This document shows, piece after piece, positions 1 to 9,148 of a DNA stretch of 32,000 nt. Under the pieces are notes generated by a model, which ran no database searches, was not told where the DNA came from, and saw only the letters and a list, made by a program, of their open reading frames with translations. The DNA is from Chlamydiales bacterium. Lineage in GTDB: Bacteria > Chlamydiota > Chlamydiia > Chlamydiales > JAAKFR01. The stretch covers positions 180,001 through 212,000 of the forward strand of contig JAWLBH010000001.1 of NCBI GenBank assembly GCA_041395025.1, read 5' to 3'. Each line of letters starts with the position of its first letter. Position 1 is the stretch's first letter. The position numbers and the translations under genes are program-made.

Positions 1-22
1 AACTGGATAAAAACAAAAGGCT

Positions 23-1009
23 TTATATTTTTTTTAAAATTGTTGCTCCCCAAGTAAATCCTGCACCAAAAGCAACTAAAAGAATACATTCTCCACTTTC
101 GATAGTTCTTTCTCTAATTAATTCATCAAAAGCAATTGCAACAGCTGAAGCAGAGGTATTCCCATATTTATGCACTGTCTTAAAAACCTTCGACTCATTG
201 ACTCCAAATCTTCGAGCAATCGCATCAATAATCCTTGCATTAGCTTGATGAGGAACAAGCCAATCGATCTCATCTTCATGCATATTTGCTCGTTCTAAAC
301 AATCTTTTGCTGCATTCTCCATTCTACGAACAGCATGTTTGAAAACCTCTTTACCTTCCATCATGATAAAATGTTGATGTTGAGCAATCGTATCTGGTGA
401 AGCTGGTATACGACAGCCTCCGGCTGGAAGTATAAGAAGTTGAGCCAGCTCCCCATCAGCACCAAGAGACGATTCCATAATTTCATATCCCTCTCCATGA
501 TCACTAATAACTGAAGCAGAGGCACCATCACCAAACAAAACACAAGTATTTCGATCTTTATAGTTGACAAAGGAAGAAAGTTTTTCAGAAGCAATCAACA
601 AAATATTCCTATAGATACCAGAATCAATAAAACCTTTCGCCATCACCAATCCATAGAGATAACCCGTACAAGCTGCTTGAAAATCAAAAGCAGCCGCTTG
701 ATGCGCTCCTAACATGTTCTGAATCAAGGCGGCTGTACTTGGAAATATATAATCAGGTGAGATTGTAGCAACCAAGATAAGATCAATCTCTGTGGGATTT
801 TTCTTAGCTATTTTAAGAGCAGCTTTTGCTGCTTTTAGACCCATATCAGAGCTGTATTCATCATAGCTAGCAATACGTCTTTCCTTTATCCCCGTTCTTG
901 AATAAATCCACTCATCAGAAGTATCGACTAGTTTTTCTAAATCTTCATTATTTAAAATGTGTTCAGGTAAATAAGAACCTGTCCCAATAATGCGGGCTTT
1001 TGTCTTCAC
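23..1009 (-). CDS. fabH: 3-oxoacyl-[acyl-carrier-protein] synthase III (KAS III)
   Basis: 328-aa ORF. The catalytic-triad contexts are visible: FQAACTGYLYG (Cys), VPHQANARII (His), YGNTSASAV (Asn). Length is typical of FabH. Confidence 0.95.
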   Translation of the reverse strand: MKTKARIIGTGSYLPEHILNNEDLEKLVDTSDEWIYSRTGIKERRIASYDEYSSDMGLKAAKAALKIAKKNPTEIDLILVATISPDYIFPSTAALIQNMLGAHQAAAFDFQAACTGYLYGLVMAKGFIDSGIYRNILLIASEKLSSFVNYKDRNTCVLFGDGASASVISDHGEGYEIMESSLGADGELAQLLILPAGGCRIPASPDTIAQHQHFIMMEGKEVFKHAVRRMENAAKDCLERANMHEDEIDWLVPHQANARIIDAIARRFGVNESKVFKTVHKYGNTSASAVAIAFDELIRERTIESGECILLVAFGAGFTWGATILKKI

Positions 1010-1104
1010 AATAATTCTTTATAAATAAACGGTTAAAGCAAATAAATAATACTTTAGCAAATGGTGCTTTAAAATAAAACCCTTAAGGGGCAATATATTT
1101 TTCT

Positions 1105-1704
1105 ATGCACTATCCCAAGCCTCTTTCGCAACTGATAGCAATTTTCCAAAAACTCCCAGGAGTAGGAATAAAAACAGCTGAAAGATTTGCTTTTCATGTT
1201 CTAAATTGGCCCGAAGAGAAGTTGGCTGATATGGCCTCAATAATTAAAAACATAAAAAAAAATATTAGTCACTGCCTTGAATGTGGGAGTTTGGTTGAAG
1301 AGGGAAATAAGTGCACAATATGTTACAATAAGAATAGAAACTCAAAAACTTTATGCATTGTTGCTTCAGTTAAAGATGTTTTTTTAATTGAGGAAACAAG
1401 AGAATATACCGGGCTTTATCATGTTCTTGGAACACTTTTTTCACCAATTCATGGTCTAGCACCTTCTAAAAAAACCATTGATAAACTTAAAGCTCGTATC
1501 GTTGAAATGGAGATTCGTGAAATCATTATTGCCTTAGATGCAACTTTAGAAGGAGATGCAACTTCTCTTTACTTAAAAAAAGAATTAACAAATTTCTCTC
1601 TTTCTGTTTCTCGTCTTGCTCTTGGGTTGCCAATGGGTAGTTCTCTTGACTTTATTGATGGAGGCACATTAGCGCGCGCCTTTTCTGGTAGGCATGCATA
1701 TTAA
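1105..1704 (+). CDS. recR: recombination protein RecR
   Basis: 199-aa ORF with an N-terminal HhH (LPGVGIKTAERFAFH), a C4 zinc finger (CLECGSLVEEGNKCTICYN) and a Toprim-like core (LCIVASVKDV ... IIALDATLEGDATS). Size is typical of RecR. Confidence 0.93.
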   Translation: MHYPKPLSQLIAIFQKLPGVGIKTAERFAFHVLNWPEEKLADMASIIKNIKKNISHCLECGSLVEEGNKCTICYNKNRNSKTLCIVASVKDVFLIEETREYTGLYHVLGTLFSPIHGLAPSKKTIDKLKARIVEMEIREIIIALDATLEGDATSLYLKKELTNFSLSVSRLALGLPMGSSLDFIDGGTLARAFSGRHAY

Positions 1705-1762
1705 CTTGATTAAATTAAACGCTTTCTCTTACGATTTTTATCTTTGATCTTTGTAAATTATT

Positions 1763-4117
1763 ATGAAACACTGGATTTTTGCCTTTTTTTTATTTAGTTT
1801 TCCTTTTTTCTCTTTTGCCGAACAATATGAAACCATGCGGATTGCTAAAATTGAATTTATTCCTCGCAATGTTTCAAATGATGAAACATTTCATCCTATA
1901 GCGATTCAATCTCGAATGGAATCAAAAGTTGGGAATTATTTTTCTCAATCAGAGTTTGATAGTGATTTAAAGATGCTTGCTAAAGAATATGACCAGGTGT
2001 TGCCATCGATTGAAGTGATTCATAATGAGATCTATATCTTTTTGAATATCTGTTTGAAGCCTATCATTAACAAAATCCATTTTTGTGGAAATGAAGAGAT
2101 AAAATCGAAAAAACTATTCAAAAATTTAGGGATTGAGACTGGTTCATTATTTGAGCGCGACGAGTTTATTAAAGCCTTACACCAGCTTCGACTCTTCTAT
2201 GCAAAAAGAGGATACTTTGAAGCTGAAATTGATTATTTGATCATACCAAATGAAGAAGGAAGTAAAATTGATATTGAAATTCATATCTCTGAAGGTCGTG
2301 CTGGTAAAATTCATCAGATTCTTTTTGAAGGATTGAATGCCAGAGAAGAAGAAGAGATTCTAGAGGAAATCCTATCTCAACCCTATAATGTTCTACTAAG
2401 TTGGTATAGTGGGAAGGGAATATATCATCCCGAAATGATTGAGCATGATAGGCTTAAAATTATTAATTACTTACAAAATCAGGGGTATGCTGATGCTATA
2501 GTAGACATGTCGGTTAAAGAAGCTAAAGTAGCTAAAAAAATTGATTTGGTGATTAAAGTTGAAAAAGGGATTTGTTATAAGGTTGGGCATATTAACATAG
2601 AAGGAAACTCTCTCTTTACTCATGAGAAAATTTATGAAGTCTTCGCTTTTAGTATGAAAAGTCCTCTTTCTCCTGAAAAGATTCGTTCAACAATTCAAGC
2701 GATTCGTGATCTTTATGGATCCTATGGTTACATAGATACAGATATTGACATCCAAATGGTCATGCGCAACGACTCTCCTGTTTATGATCTCTTCATCAAG
2801 ATTGAAGAAGGACTACAGTATTATGTGGGTTTAATTCGGGTTTTTGGAAATCGTTCGACCCAAACTAAAGTCATTCTTCATGAGAGTCTGCTTTGTCCAG
2901 GAGAAGTGTTTGATAATCGTAAAATTGAAAAAACTGAAGCGCGTTTAGGAAATACTGGATTTTTTAGTTGTGTCAATGTTTATGCTGTTCGTTCTCAAAT
3001 CGAAGATTGCGATTCAAAAAAACTCTATCGTGATGTTTACATCGAGGTAGAAGAAACAGATACTGGAAATCTCGGCCTTTTTGCTGGATTTAGCTCTCTT
3101 GATCGAATCTTTGGAGGGATAGAAATCACTGAACGTAATTTTAACATCACTGGACTGATGGATTTATTGAATAAAGGTCCTAGGGGTTTACGTGGAGGTG
3201 GAGAGTATACTCATGCAAAGGTCAATATTGGAGATAGACAAACAAGTTATCTTTTGTCTTGGACAAAACCTTATTTTCTCGATACTCCATGGATTTTTGG
3301 CGTAGACTTAGAAAAAAGTGATAACCGTATCTATTCACGTGACTATGAAATTAAGACATATGGAGGAACTGTCCACGGTACTTATATTATTAATTCCTTT
3401 TTAAAATATGATATTTATTACCGTGCTCGTCATACTAACATTGATATACGTGAGAAGAATAATGTTACTTTGCGTAAGGAAGGCGAGCAAACTGGTTTTA
3501 TTTCAGCAGTTGGAAATGCTTTGATTTATGATTCAACAGATCATCCACGTCGTGCTTCATGTGGTTTTCGTTCTAGACTTGGTTATGAAGTTGCTGGTAT
3601 GGGAGGCAACTATCAGTTTATGAAATTTTCCTATTTGAATACCTACTACTATCCATTTAGTCGAAAAGGAACACTCAAAATACGTGGAGATATACAATTT
3701 ATTACTACTTATGGCAGTACAGATCCCGTCAATCTCCCTTTAAGTGAACGGTTCTTTTTAGGAGGTGAAACGACTGTACGTGGTTACAGGCCATTTATTA
3801 TTGGACCAAAATTTGGAAATAATGAACCTCGTGGAGGTCTTTCCTCGTTACTCCTATCAGAAGAGTATCAACATAACCTAGTCACAATTCCTTCTGTTGA
3901 TGGATTTATTTTTGTTGATGCAGGGTATGTATCAATGAATGAATTTACTCTTGGTCCACTATCTGCAAGTATTGGATTTGGAATACGGGTAGAAGTGATG
4001 CGCAATATGCCTCTCATGTTTGGGTTAGGTTGGCCGATCCATCCAAATGATATAGTAAATGGTCAAAAAGTAAATGTTGCTCAGCGATTTTTCTTTGCAA
4101 TCGGTGGCAGCTTCTAA
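1763..4117 (+). CDS. bamA: outer membrane protein assembly factor BamA (Omp85/YaeT)
   Basis: 784-aa ORF with a signal-like N-terminus (MKHWIFAFFLFSFPFFSFA). It has repeated POTRA-like modules (INKIHFCGNEEI, IHQILFEGLN, VGHINIEGNSLF, VGLIRVFGNRST). The C-terminal barrel carries RFFLGGETTVRGY and a terminal aromatic (GGSF). It lies upstream of skp-lpxD, the usual arrangement. Confidence 0.92.
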   Translation: MKHWIFAFFLFSFPFFSFAEQYETMRIAKIEFIPRNVSNDETFHPIAIQSRMESKVGNYFSQSEFDSDLKMLAKEYDQVLPSIEVIHNEIYIFLNICLKPIINKIHFCGNEEIKSKKLFKNLGIETGSLFERDEFIKALHQLRLFYAKRGYFEAEIDYLIIPNEEGSKIDIEIHISEGRAGKIHQILFEGLNAREEEEILEEILSQPYNVLLSWYSGKGIYHPEMIEHDRLKIINYLQNQGYADAIVDMSVKEAKVAKKIDLVIKVEKGICYKVGHINIEGNSLFTHEKIYEVFAFSMKSPLSPEKIRSTIQAIRDLYGSYGYIDTDIDIQMVMRNDSPVYDLFIKIEEGLQYYVGLIRVFGNRSTQTKVILHESLLCPGEVFDNRKIEKTEARLGNTGFFSCVNVYAVRSQIEDCDSKKLYRDVYIEVEETDTGNLGLFAGFSSLDRIFGGIEITERNFNITGLMDLLNKGPRGLRGGGEYTHAKVNIGDRQTSYLLSWTKPYFLDTPWIFGVDLEKSDNRIYSRDYEIKTYGGTVHGTYIINSFLKYDIYYRARHTNIDIREKNNVTLRKEGEQTGFISAVGNALIYDSTDHPRRASCGFRSRLGYEVAGMGGNYQFMKFSYLNTYYYPFSRKGTLKIRGDIQFITTYGSTDPVNLPLSERFFLGGETTVRGYRPFIIGPKFGNNEPRGGLSSLLLSEEYQHNLVTIPSVDGFIFVDAGYVSMNEFTLGPLSASIGFGIRVEVMRNMPLMFGLGWPIHPNDIVNGQKVNVAQRFFFAIGGSF

Positions 4118-4154
4118 ATATAAATTTAATCTGAAAATGCTTAAGGAGAAAAAT

Positions 4155-4709
4155 ATGAAAAAAATTCAAATGATTATGCTCTCTCTGGCTCTTGTCTTGA
4201 TCAATAGCACAGTCATTGGCGCTGATGCAAATATTGGTTTTATCAATTTCAAAACCTGTGTTGAAAAATCTAAGCATGGCCAACAAGAAAGAGATAAACT
4301 TGAAGCTATGAAAAAACAAATGACTGAAACACTCGAAAAAACGGATAACGAGCTTCAAGAAATGGCAAAAAAGATTGAAGACCAAGATTATATGGATGCT
4401 CTTTCTTCTACTGCTCAAAATGAATTGAAACAAAAATTTCAATTTTTAAGTCAAGATTTTGCACGTTATCAAAACCAATATTACCAAATGCTGAATCAAG
4501 CAAATTATAAAATGCTCCAGACAATACACGATGAAGTCAGCTCTATATCTGAGAAAATACGTGAAAGAAAAAAGCTCTCATTCATCATGAATGAAGACTC
4601 AGCTTTTGCCTTTGCTCCATCTCTTGATTTCACTGAAGAAACAATAAAAGAAATGGACAAGCAATTTGAAATTGAAAACAATCCAAGTTCAATAGCAAAT
4701 TTAAATTGA
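4155..4709 (+). CDS. skp: periplasmic chaperone OmpH/Skp-like
   Basis: The ATG at 4155 is preceded by AAGGAG (4143-4148). The product has a signal peptide (MKKIQMIMLSLALVLINSTVIGA) and a Lys/Glu/Gln-rich helical body. It sits in the conserved position between bamA and lpxD. The ORF-track start at 4074 overlaps bamA and has no RBS, so I trimmed it. Confidence 0.8.
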   Translation: MKKIQMIMLSLALVLINSTVIGADANIGFINFKTCVEKSKHGQQERDKLEAMKKQMTETLEKTDNELQEMAKKIEDQDYMDALSSTAQNELKQKFQFLSQDFARYQNQYYQMLNQANYKMLQTIHDEVSSISEKIRERKKLSFIMNEDSAFAFAPSLDFTEETIKEMDKQFEIENNPSSIANLN

Positions 4710-4725
4710 AAACTTGGAGAACACT

Positions 4726-5781
4726 ATGAGTCGATACACACTGGAAGAAATAAGAGAAATCACAAATTCAAAACTTATTGGCAATCCTAATTATGAGATT
4801 ACAGGAGTTGATGATTTAGAAACAGCTTCTTCCAGTGAACTTTCTTTTCTTCATAATCCCCTTTATCAGAATAAGCTTTATGCTTCTCAAGCAGGAGCAG
4901 TGATTATTTCAAGTGATTTTACTAATTTTAAGAATGAATCTAATAAACAATATTTAGTTCATCCAAACCCTTCAATTGCTTTTCAAAAAGTCATCGAATT
5001 ATTTATCCATCCCTCCTCTTCTGGCTTTTCAGGAATTCACCCAACTGCTGTCATTCATGAAGAAGCTTGTTTAGATCAAGAAGTAGATATTGGACCTCAT
5101 GTGACTATTGACCGTGGTGCAATAATTGGAAAAAACACAGTCATTGGAGCAAATGTCTCAATTGGCACGAATACAATCGTTGGTGCTAACTGTATTCTCT
5201 ATCCTAATGTAGTTATACGTGAAAACTGCACTATCGGAAATCGTGTCATTCTACAACCAGGTGCGATCATAGGTTCATGTGGTTTTGGTTTTTTTACTGA
5301 TGCAAAAGGCAATAATCATAAATTGAAACAGTTAGGAAGGGTGATTATAGAAGATGATGTTGAAATTGGAGCGAATAGTACCATCGATCGTGCCCGTTTT
5401 AAAGCAACAATCATAGGGCGTGGTACAAAAATTGATAATCTTGTTCAGATTGCTCATCAAGTAGAAATTGGCAACAATAATCTAATCGCTGCTCAAGTCG
5501 GAATTGCTGGCTCTACTAAAACCGGATCTTCTGTGATATTTGGTGGACAAGTGGGGATCACGGGACATATTTCGATTGCTGATGGTGCAGTATTTGCAGC
5601 TAGGTCTGCAGTAAGTAAAACAATTAAAAAACGAGGTGTCTATAGTGGAGTACCAGCAATCCCAATTAAAGATGCTCATCGTCAATATGTGTCATTAAAA
5701 AGCATTTGTCAACTTACTCAGCGCATTAAAGATCTTGAAACAGATCTAAAAAAACTCCAAGATGAAAAATCCCTAAGATAA
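4726..5781 (+). CDS. lpxD: UDP-3-O-acylglucosamine N-acyltransferase
   Basis: Long hexapeptide-repeat (left-handed beta-helix) tract: IGPHVTIDRGAIIGKNTVIGANVSIGTNTIVGANCILYPNVVIRENCTIGNRVILQPGAIIG. It has an LpxD-type N-terminal domain and follows skp. The ATG at 4726 follows GGAG (4716-4719). The TTG at 4714 is a possible alternative start. Confidence 0.9.
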   Translation: MSRYTLEEIREITNSKLIGNPNYEITGVDDLETASSSELSFLHNPLYQNKLYASQAGAVIISSDFTNFKNESNKQYLVHPNPSIAFQKVIELFIHPSSSGFSGIHPTAVIHEEACLDQEVDIGPHVTIDRGAIIGKNTVIGANVSIGTNTIVGANCILYPNVVIRENCTIGNRVILQPGAIIGSCGFGFFTDAKGNNHKLKQLGRVIIEDDVEIGANSTIDRARFKATIIGRGTKIDNLVQIAHQVEIGNNNLIAAQVGIAGSTKTGSSVIFGGQVGITGHISIADGAVFAARSAVSKTIKKRGVYSGVPAIPIKDAHRQYVSLKSICQLTQRIKDLETDLKKLQDEKSLR

Positions 5782-5790
5782 AAAATCTTT

Positions 5791-6849
5791 CTAAAACATA
5801 TGAGTATTGTTAAAAAGTAACTTGATAATAAGTATCTTAGTAATGCGTCGATCAAGTTCTTCTTCCTGAATTTTTTCAAGACGAACAAGCTGACATAATA
5901 AATTGATTAAATCAGGTAATTTTTCTCTGACTAAAAAGAGATCATAGTGGCAATTAAATGCGATAAGACATTGTTTCACAGTAAAAAACTTAACCGAGTT
6001 AATTGTATCAAAAATTTTTAGAGTCTTAAATCCTATGATATCAAGAGATTGTGAGTCATTTTTTTGAAAAATTGGAATTGGAAATTTTTCCTTACATAGC
6101 TGAAATGAGGGTAACTGCTTTTCTTTTAATCGATTTCCTTTTGCAACAATTCCTTTACCTTGACGAATACCACGGCTAAAAGCTTCAATTTGTTTTTTTA
6201 CCATTGGGAAGGAGATGAAATTTCTTTCCTGATTAAATTGGACATGAACACCTAGCCGACGATTTTGAGACATGACAGCTTTACCCAAATCAGAAAAACA
6301 CTGTTCAGAAAAATTGCTACTTGGAAGACGATCACCCTGAAAATAAAAAGAGAGTCCATGAAGAAAATCATTTCCAACTAAAAGTGTTGTTTTTGAAATT
6401 TTTTGGTAATAATCAATAAGATAAGCTTGATGTTTATAGCTACCTTTTCTAAACAAAATGCCCCCAATATGATCATTTAGAATCCTTGATTCAACTTCAG
6501 CCTGAAGATGGGTGTCATAAACTGCATCAGTTTCTAAAAAGCAAAGTTGAGCCACTTTTTCTTGAAGAGTTTTCATTTTATTTAACAGTTTATTTGCTTC
6601 TTGAAGCAATATTTGATCCGCATAGATTCTTATTTTATTGCTATTATCTTGTTTGATTTTAGCAAAAAGATCAGGTTGAGTGGGAAATATGTTCTGATTT
6701 TTCATCCAATGTCTTCCTAAATAATGTACGTATTTATATTTGTTCTTTTTTTCTTCTTCTCCATTGTTCGGATAATGGTCCTTAGAATGGTCGACATCGA
6801 TTGATTGAATATTCTTAACATACTGACTGAAATGGGATCCATAAGTCAT
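5791..6849 (-). CDS. hypothetical protein with a divergent glycoside-hydrolase family 3 (NagZ-like) N-terminal-domain pattern; canonical motifs degenerate
   Basis: 352-aa ORF with no signal peptide. By eye it follows the GH3 N-domain consensus along its length: EKVAQLCFLE (cf. kvGQllmvg), HIGGILFRKGS (cf. vGGvilf.rN), TTLLVGNDFLHGLS (cf. PLlvavDQEGGrv), SDLGKAVMSQNRRLGVHVQFN (cf. g.aia.ElralGin.dfaP), EAFSRGIRQGKGIVAKG (cf. a.i.Glq.aGv.atvKHFPGHG), IGFKTLKIFDTI (cf. lgFdGvvvSD), EELDRRITKILIIKL (cf. ld.sv.RiL..K). The DQEGG and KHFPGHG motifs are not conserved. Confidence 0.45.
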   Translation of the reverse strand: MTYGSHFSQYVKNIQSIDVDHSKDHYPNNGEEEKKNKYKYVHYLGRHWMKNQNIFPTQPDLFAKIKQDNSNKIRIYADQILLQEANKLLNKMKTLQEKVAQLCFLETDAVYDTHLQAEVESRILNDHIGGILFRKGSYKHQAYLIDYYQKISKTTLLVGNDFLHGLSFYFQGDRLPSSNFSEQCFSDLGKAVMSQNRRLGVHVQFNQERNFISFPMVKKQIEAFSRGIRQGKGIVAKGNRLKEKQLPSFQLCKEKFPIPIFQKNDSQSLDIIGFKTLKIFDTINSVKFFTVKQCLIAFNCHYDLFLVREKLPDLINLLCQLVRLEKIQEEELDRRITKILIIKLLFNNTHMF

Positions 6850-7024
6850 TTTTCACCTATTCAAATAATATATTTTACCAAAAAAATTAAGACACCATTA
6901 AGATAAAAAAGAGAATTTTTCCGCAACAAAATACTTAAAAAAAATCTGACAACTTTTATAAAAAAGACATGAATATGCTAATGGAAAAATAATTAACAAT
7001 TCTAAATAGAAAAATAGGAATTAG

Positions 7025-7068
7025 ATTCTATAAATCATATAAATTGCATAAATTGAGATTTATAGAAT
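7025..7068. promoter_or_regulatory. perfect 12-bp inverted repeat with 20-bp spacer in the divergent pdhA / GH3-like intergenic region
   Basis: ATTCTATAAATC (7025-7036) and GATTTATAGAAT (7057-7068) are exact reverse complements. The spacer contains a tandem ATAAATTG...ATAAATTG. The repeat lies about 80 nt upstream of the pdhA ATG (7148). Confidence 0.3.
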
Positions 7069-7147
7069 TTTATAAGAAACAAAATTCATCAATTGAGTCT
7101 ACAATCATTTCTTGTATTTTTGCCTAAATCTTGTTTAAGATAAAGGA

Positions 7148-8176
7148 ATGAAGAAACCCTCTTACTTCTCAAGTGACTTTAAAGATAATGAAATAAATCT
7201 TGAAACAATCAAGCGAATCGGTAAAAAACAAGTTTTAGAAGCGCTATATCTGATGGTTTTGATTCGCCATTTTGAAATCCGTGGTGAATCAGCTTACCAG
7301 CAAGGGTTAATAGGAGGATTTTATCACGCATATTCCGGTCAAGAGGCAATTCAAACTGCTGCTGTTCAAGTATTTGGAAAAGAAAACTGGTATGTAACTT
7401 CTTATCGTTGTCATGCTCTTCCCCTTCTCTTAGGTGTGACACCTCATGAACTAATGGCAGAATTATACGGTCGCTTGACAGGTAATGCTAAAGGAAGAGG
7501 TGGTTCAATGCATTTCTATACGAATCGCATGTTAGGGGGTGCGGCAATTGTTGGAGGTCATCTTCCAATTGCTATTGGTGCCGCTTTTTCTATCAAATAT
7601 CAAAATAAGAACAATGAGCTTTCTGTCTGTTTTTTAGGTGAAGGAGCTGTTGCGCAAGGAGCTTTTCATGAATCACTGAATCTCGCATCTCTATGGGATT
7701 TACCTGTGATTTTTATTATTGAAAATAATCAATGGGGAATGGGAACACATGCATCTCGTGCACTTTGTTGTTCAGAAGCAATTGCTGAGAAACAGGGTCC
7801 AAGCTATAACATAAATAGCTACAAGTTAAATGGAATGAATTATTTTGATTGTTATCAGGGATTTAGATCTATCTACCAAGAATGTTTAAAAACAGGTCGT
7901 CCAGTTTTAATTGAATGTCTCTGCGAAAGATTAAAAGGTCATTCGATATCCGATCCAGGTCTTTATCGTACAAAAACAGATTTAGAGGCAATTAAGAAAA
8001 AAGATCCTATTGTTTTTCTAAAAAACCATCTGAAAAAATGCGACCTACTCACTGAAGAAGAGTTTGAAATTTTAAATAAAAAAGCCAAAGACACTATTCT
8101 TGAATCGATGACTTATGCTGAGAATAGCCCTTGGCCCTCTCCAGCCGGCCTTGAACAGGATGTCTATGCTCCATAA
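7148..8176 (+). CDS. pdhA: pyruvate dehydrogenase E1 component, alpha subunit
   Basis: 342-aa ORF. The ThDP-binding region is GEGAVAQGAFHESLNLASLWDLPVIFIIENNQWGMGT. YRCHA and GRGGSMH motifs are typical of heterotetrameric E1 alpha. pdhB follows with an overlap. Confidence 0.93.
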   Translation: MKKPSYFSSDFKDNEINLETIKRIGKKQVLEALYLMVLIRHFEIRGESAYQQGLIGGFYHAYSGQEAIQTAAVQVFGKENWYVTSYRCHALPLLLGVTPHELMAELYGRLTGNAKGRGGSMHFYTNRMLGGAAIVGGHLPIAIGAAFSIKYQNKNNELSVCFLGEGAVAQGAFHESLNLASLWDLPVIFIIENNQWGMGTHASRALCCSEAIAEKQGPSYNINSYKLNGMNYFDCYQGFRSIYQECLKTGRPVLIECLCERLKGHSISDPGLYRTKTDLEAIKKKDPIVFLKNHLKKCDLLTEEEFEILNKKAKDTILESMTYAENSPWPSPAGLEQDVYAP

Positions 8177-9146
8177 GACTCAAATAATTCAAATGCGTGA
8201 AGCAATTTGCCAAGCTCTTGATGAAGAAATGGTAAGAGATGAAATGGTTGTCATCATAGGCGAAGAAGTAGCTCAGTATAATGGTGCTTATAAATTAACC
8301 AAAGGACTTCTCGATAAATGGGGACCTAAACGGGTAATTGATACTCCAATTTCTGAGCTTGCTTTTTCTGGACTAGGAATTGGAGCAGCAATGACAGGTC
8401 TGCGTCCTGTTGTTGAGTTTATGAGTTGGAATTTTTCTTTTGTGAGTTGTGATCAGATTATCTCTAATGCAGCAAAAATGTATTATATGTCTGGTGGCAG
8501 ATTTAATGTTCCAATTGTATTTCGAGGCCCCAATGGAGCAGCTGCACAAGTTTCAAGTCAACATTCTCATTGTGTAGAAGCTTTCTATAGTAATCTTCCA
8601 GGACTGATTATCCTCGCTCCAAGTAATCCCTACGATGCTAAAGGTCTGCTTAAAACTGCTATTCGTAATAATAATCCTGTGTTATTTCTTGAAAGTGAAC
8701 TTGATTATGGAATGGAAATGGAAATTCCTATAGAAGAGTATCTTGTTCCAATTGGAAAGGCTAAAATTGTTCAAGAGGGTAAGGATCTTACCCTGCTTTC
8801 TTATAGTCATGTACTCAGAAATTGTGTAGAGGCAATCAATCAACAAGTTGATATCAGTGTAGAACTAATTGATCTAAGAACAATTAAACCTCTTGATATT
8901 TCTACTATCATCAAATCAGTAAAAAAAACTCACCGATGTCTGATTGTTGAAGAAGGGCACTATTTTTCTGGGATTGCTGCTGAGGTAGGATTTCAAGTGA
9001 TGGAGTTTTGTTTTGATGATCTTGATGCACCTGTTATGCGTGTCTGTCAACGTGAAACACCTATGCCTTATTCCAAAATATTGGAAGCCTCCACTTTACC
9101 AAATGTAGATCGTATAAAAGATGCAATACAAAAAATCTTACAATAA
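8160..9146 (+). CDS. pdhB: pyruvate dehydrogenase E1 component, beta subunit
   Basis: The product aligns by eye to E1 beta from MREAICQALDEEMVRDEMVVIIGEEVAQYNGAYKLTKGL onward (transketolase-like pyrimidine-binding and C-terminal domains). The likely start is the ATG at 8160 or 8166, overlapping the pdhA stop (8174-8176). The 8115 start in the ORF track would add an unsupported extension inside pdhA. Confidence 0.92.
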   Translation: MSMLHKTQIIQMREAICQALDEEMVRDEMVVIIGEEVAQYNGAYKLTKGLLDKWGPKRVIDTPISELAFSGLGIGAAMTGLRPVVEFMSWNFSFVSCDQIISNAAKMYYMSGGRFNVPIVFRGPNGAAAQVSSQHSHCVEAFYSNLPGLIILAPSNPYDAKGLLKTAIRNNNPVLFLESELDYGMEMEIPIEEYLVPIGKAKIVQEGKDLTLLSYSHVLRNCVEAINQQVDISVELIDLRTIKPLDISTIIKSVKKTHRCLIVEEGHYFSGIAAEVGFQVMEFCFDDLDAPVMRVCQRETPMPYSKILEASTLPNVDRIKDAIQKILQ

Positions 9147-9148
9147 AA

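Noticed and set aside
361-594. 77-aa minus-strand off-frame ORF inside fabH; similar small embedded ORFs at 5482-5685, 7209-7442, 11404-11607, 18598-18792, 20672-20911, 26580-26771, 29650-29868 and 31790-31975
   Set aside because: All are nested within or antisense to supported genes or pseudogenes and have a compositionally biased translation and no independent signals.
4074-4154. N-terminal extension of the skp ORF (start at 4074 in the ORF track)
   Set aside because: It would overlap bamA by 44 nt and place 27 residues in front of an obvious signal peptide. The ATG at 4155 has a strong AAGGAG RBS.
4014-4442. 142-aa minus-strand ORF overlapping the bamA 3' end and the skp 5' half
   Set aside because: It is antisense to two well-supported genes. 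Its product is low-complexity and Phe/Ile/Leu/Lys-rich, as expected from the reverse frame of AT-rich coding DNA. It has no RBS or family motif.
8115-8159. Upstream start for pdhB at 8115
   Set aside because: The extension lies inside pdhA and adds residues with no counterpart in E1 beta proteins. The ATG at 8160 or 8166 gives the usual short overlap with the pdhA stop.
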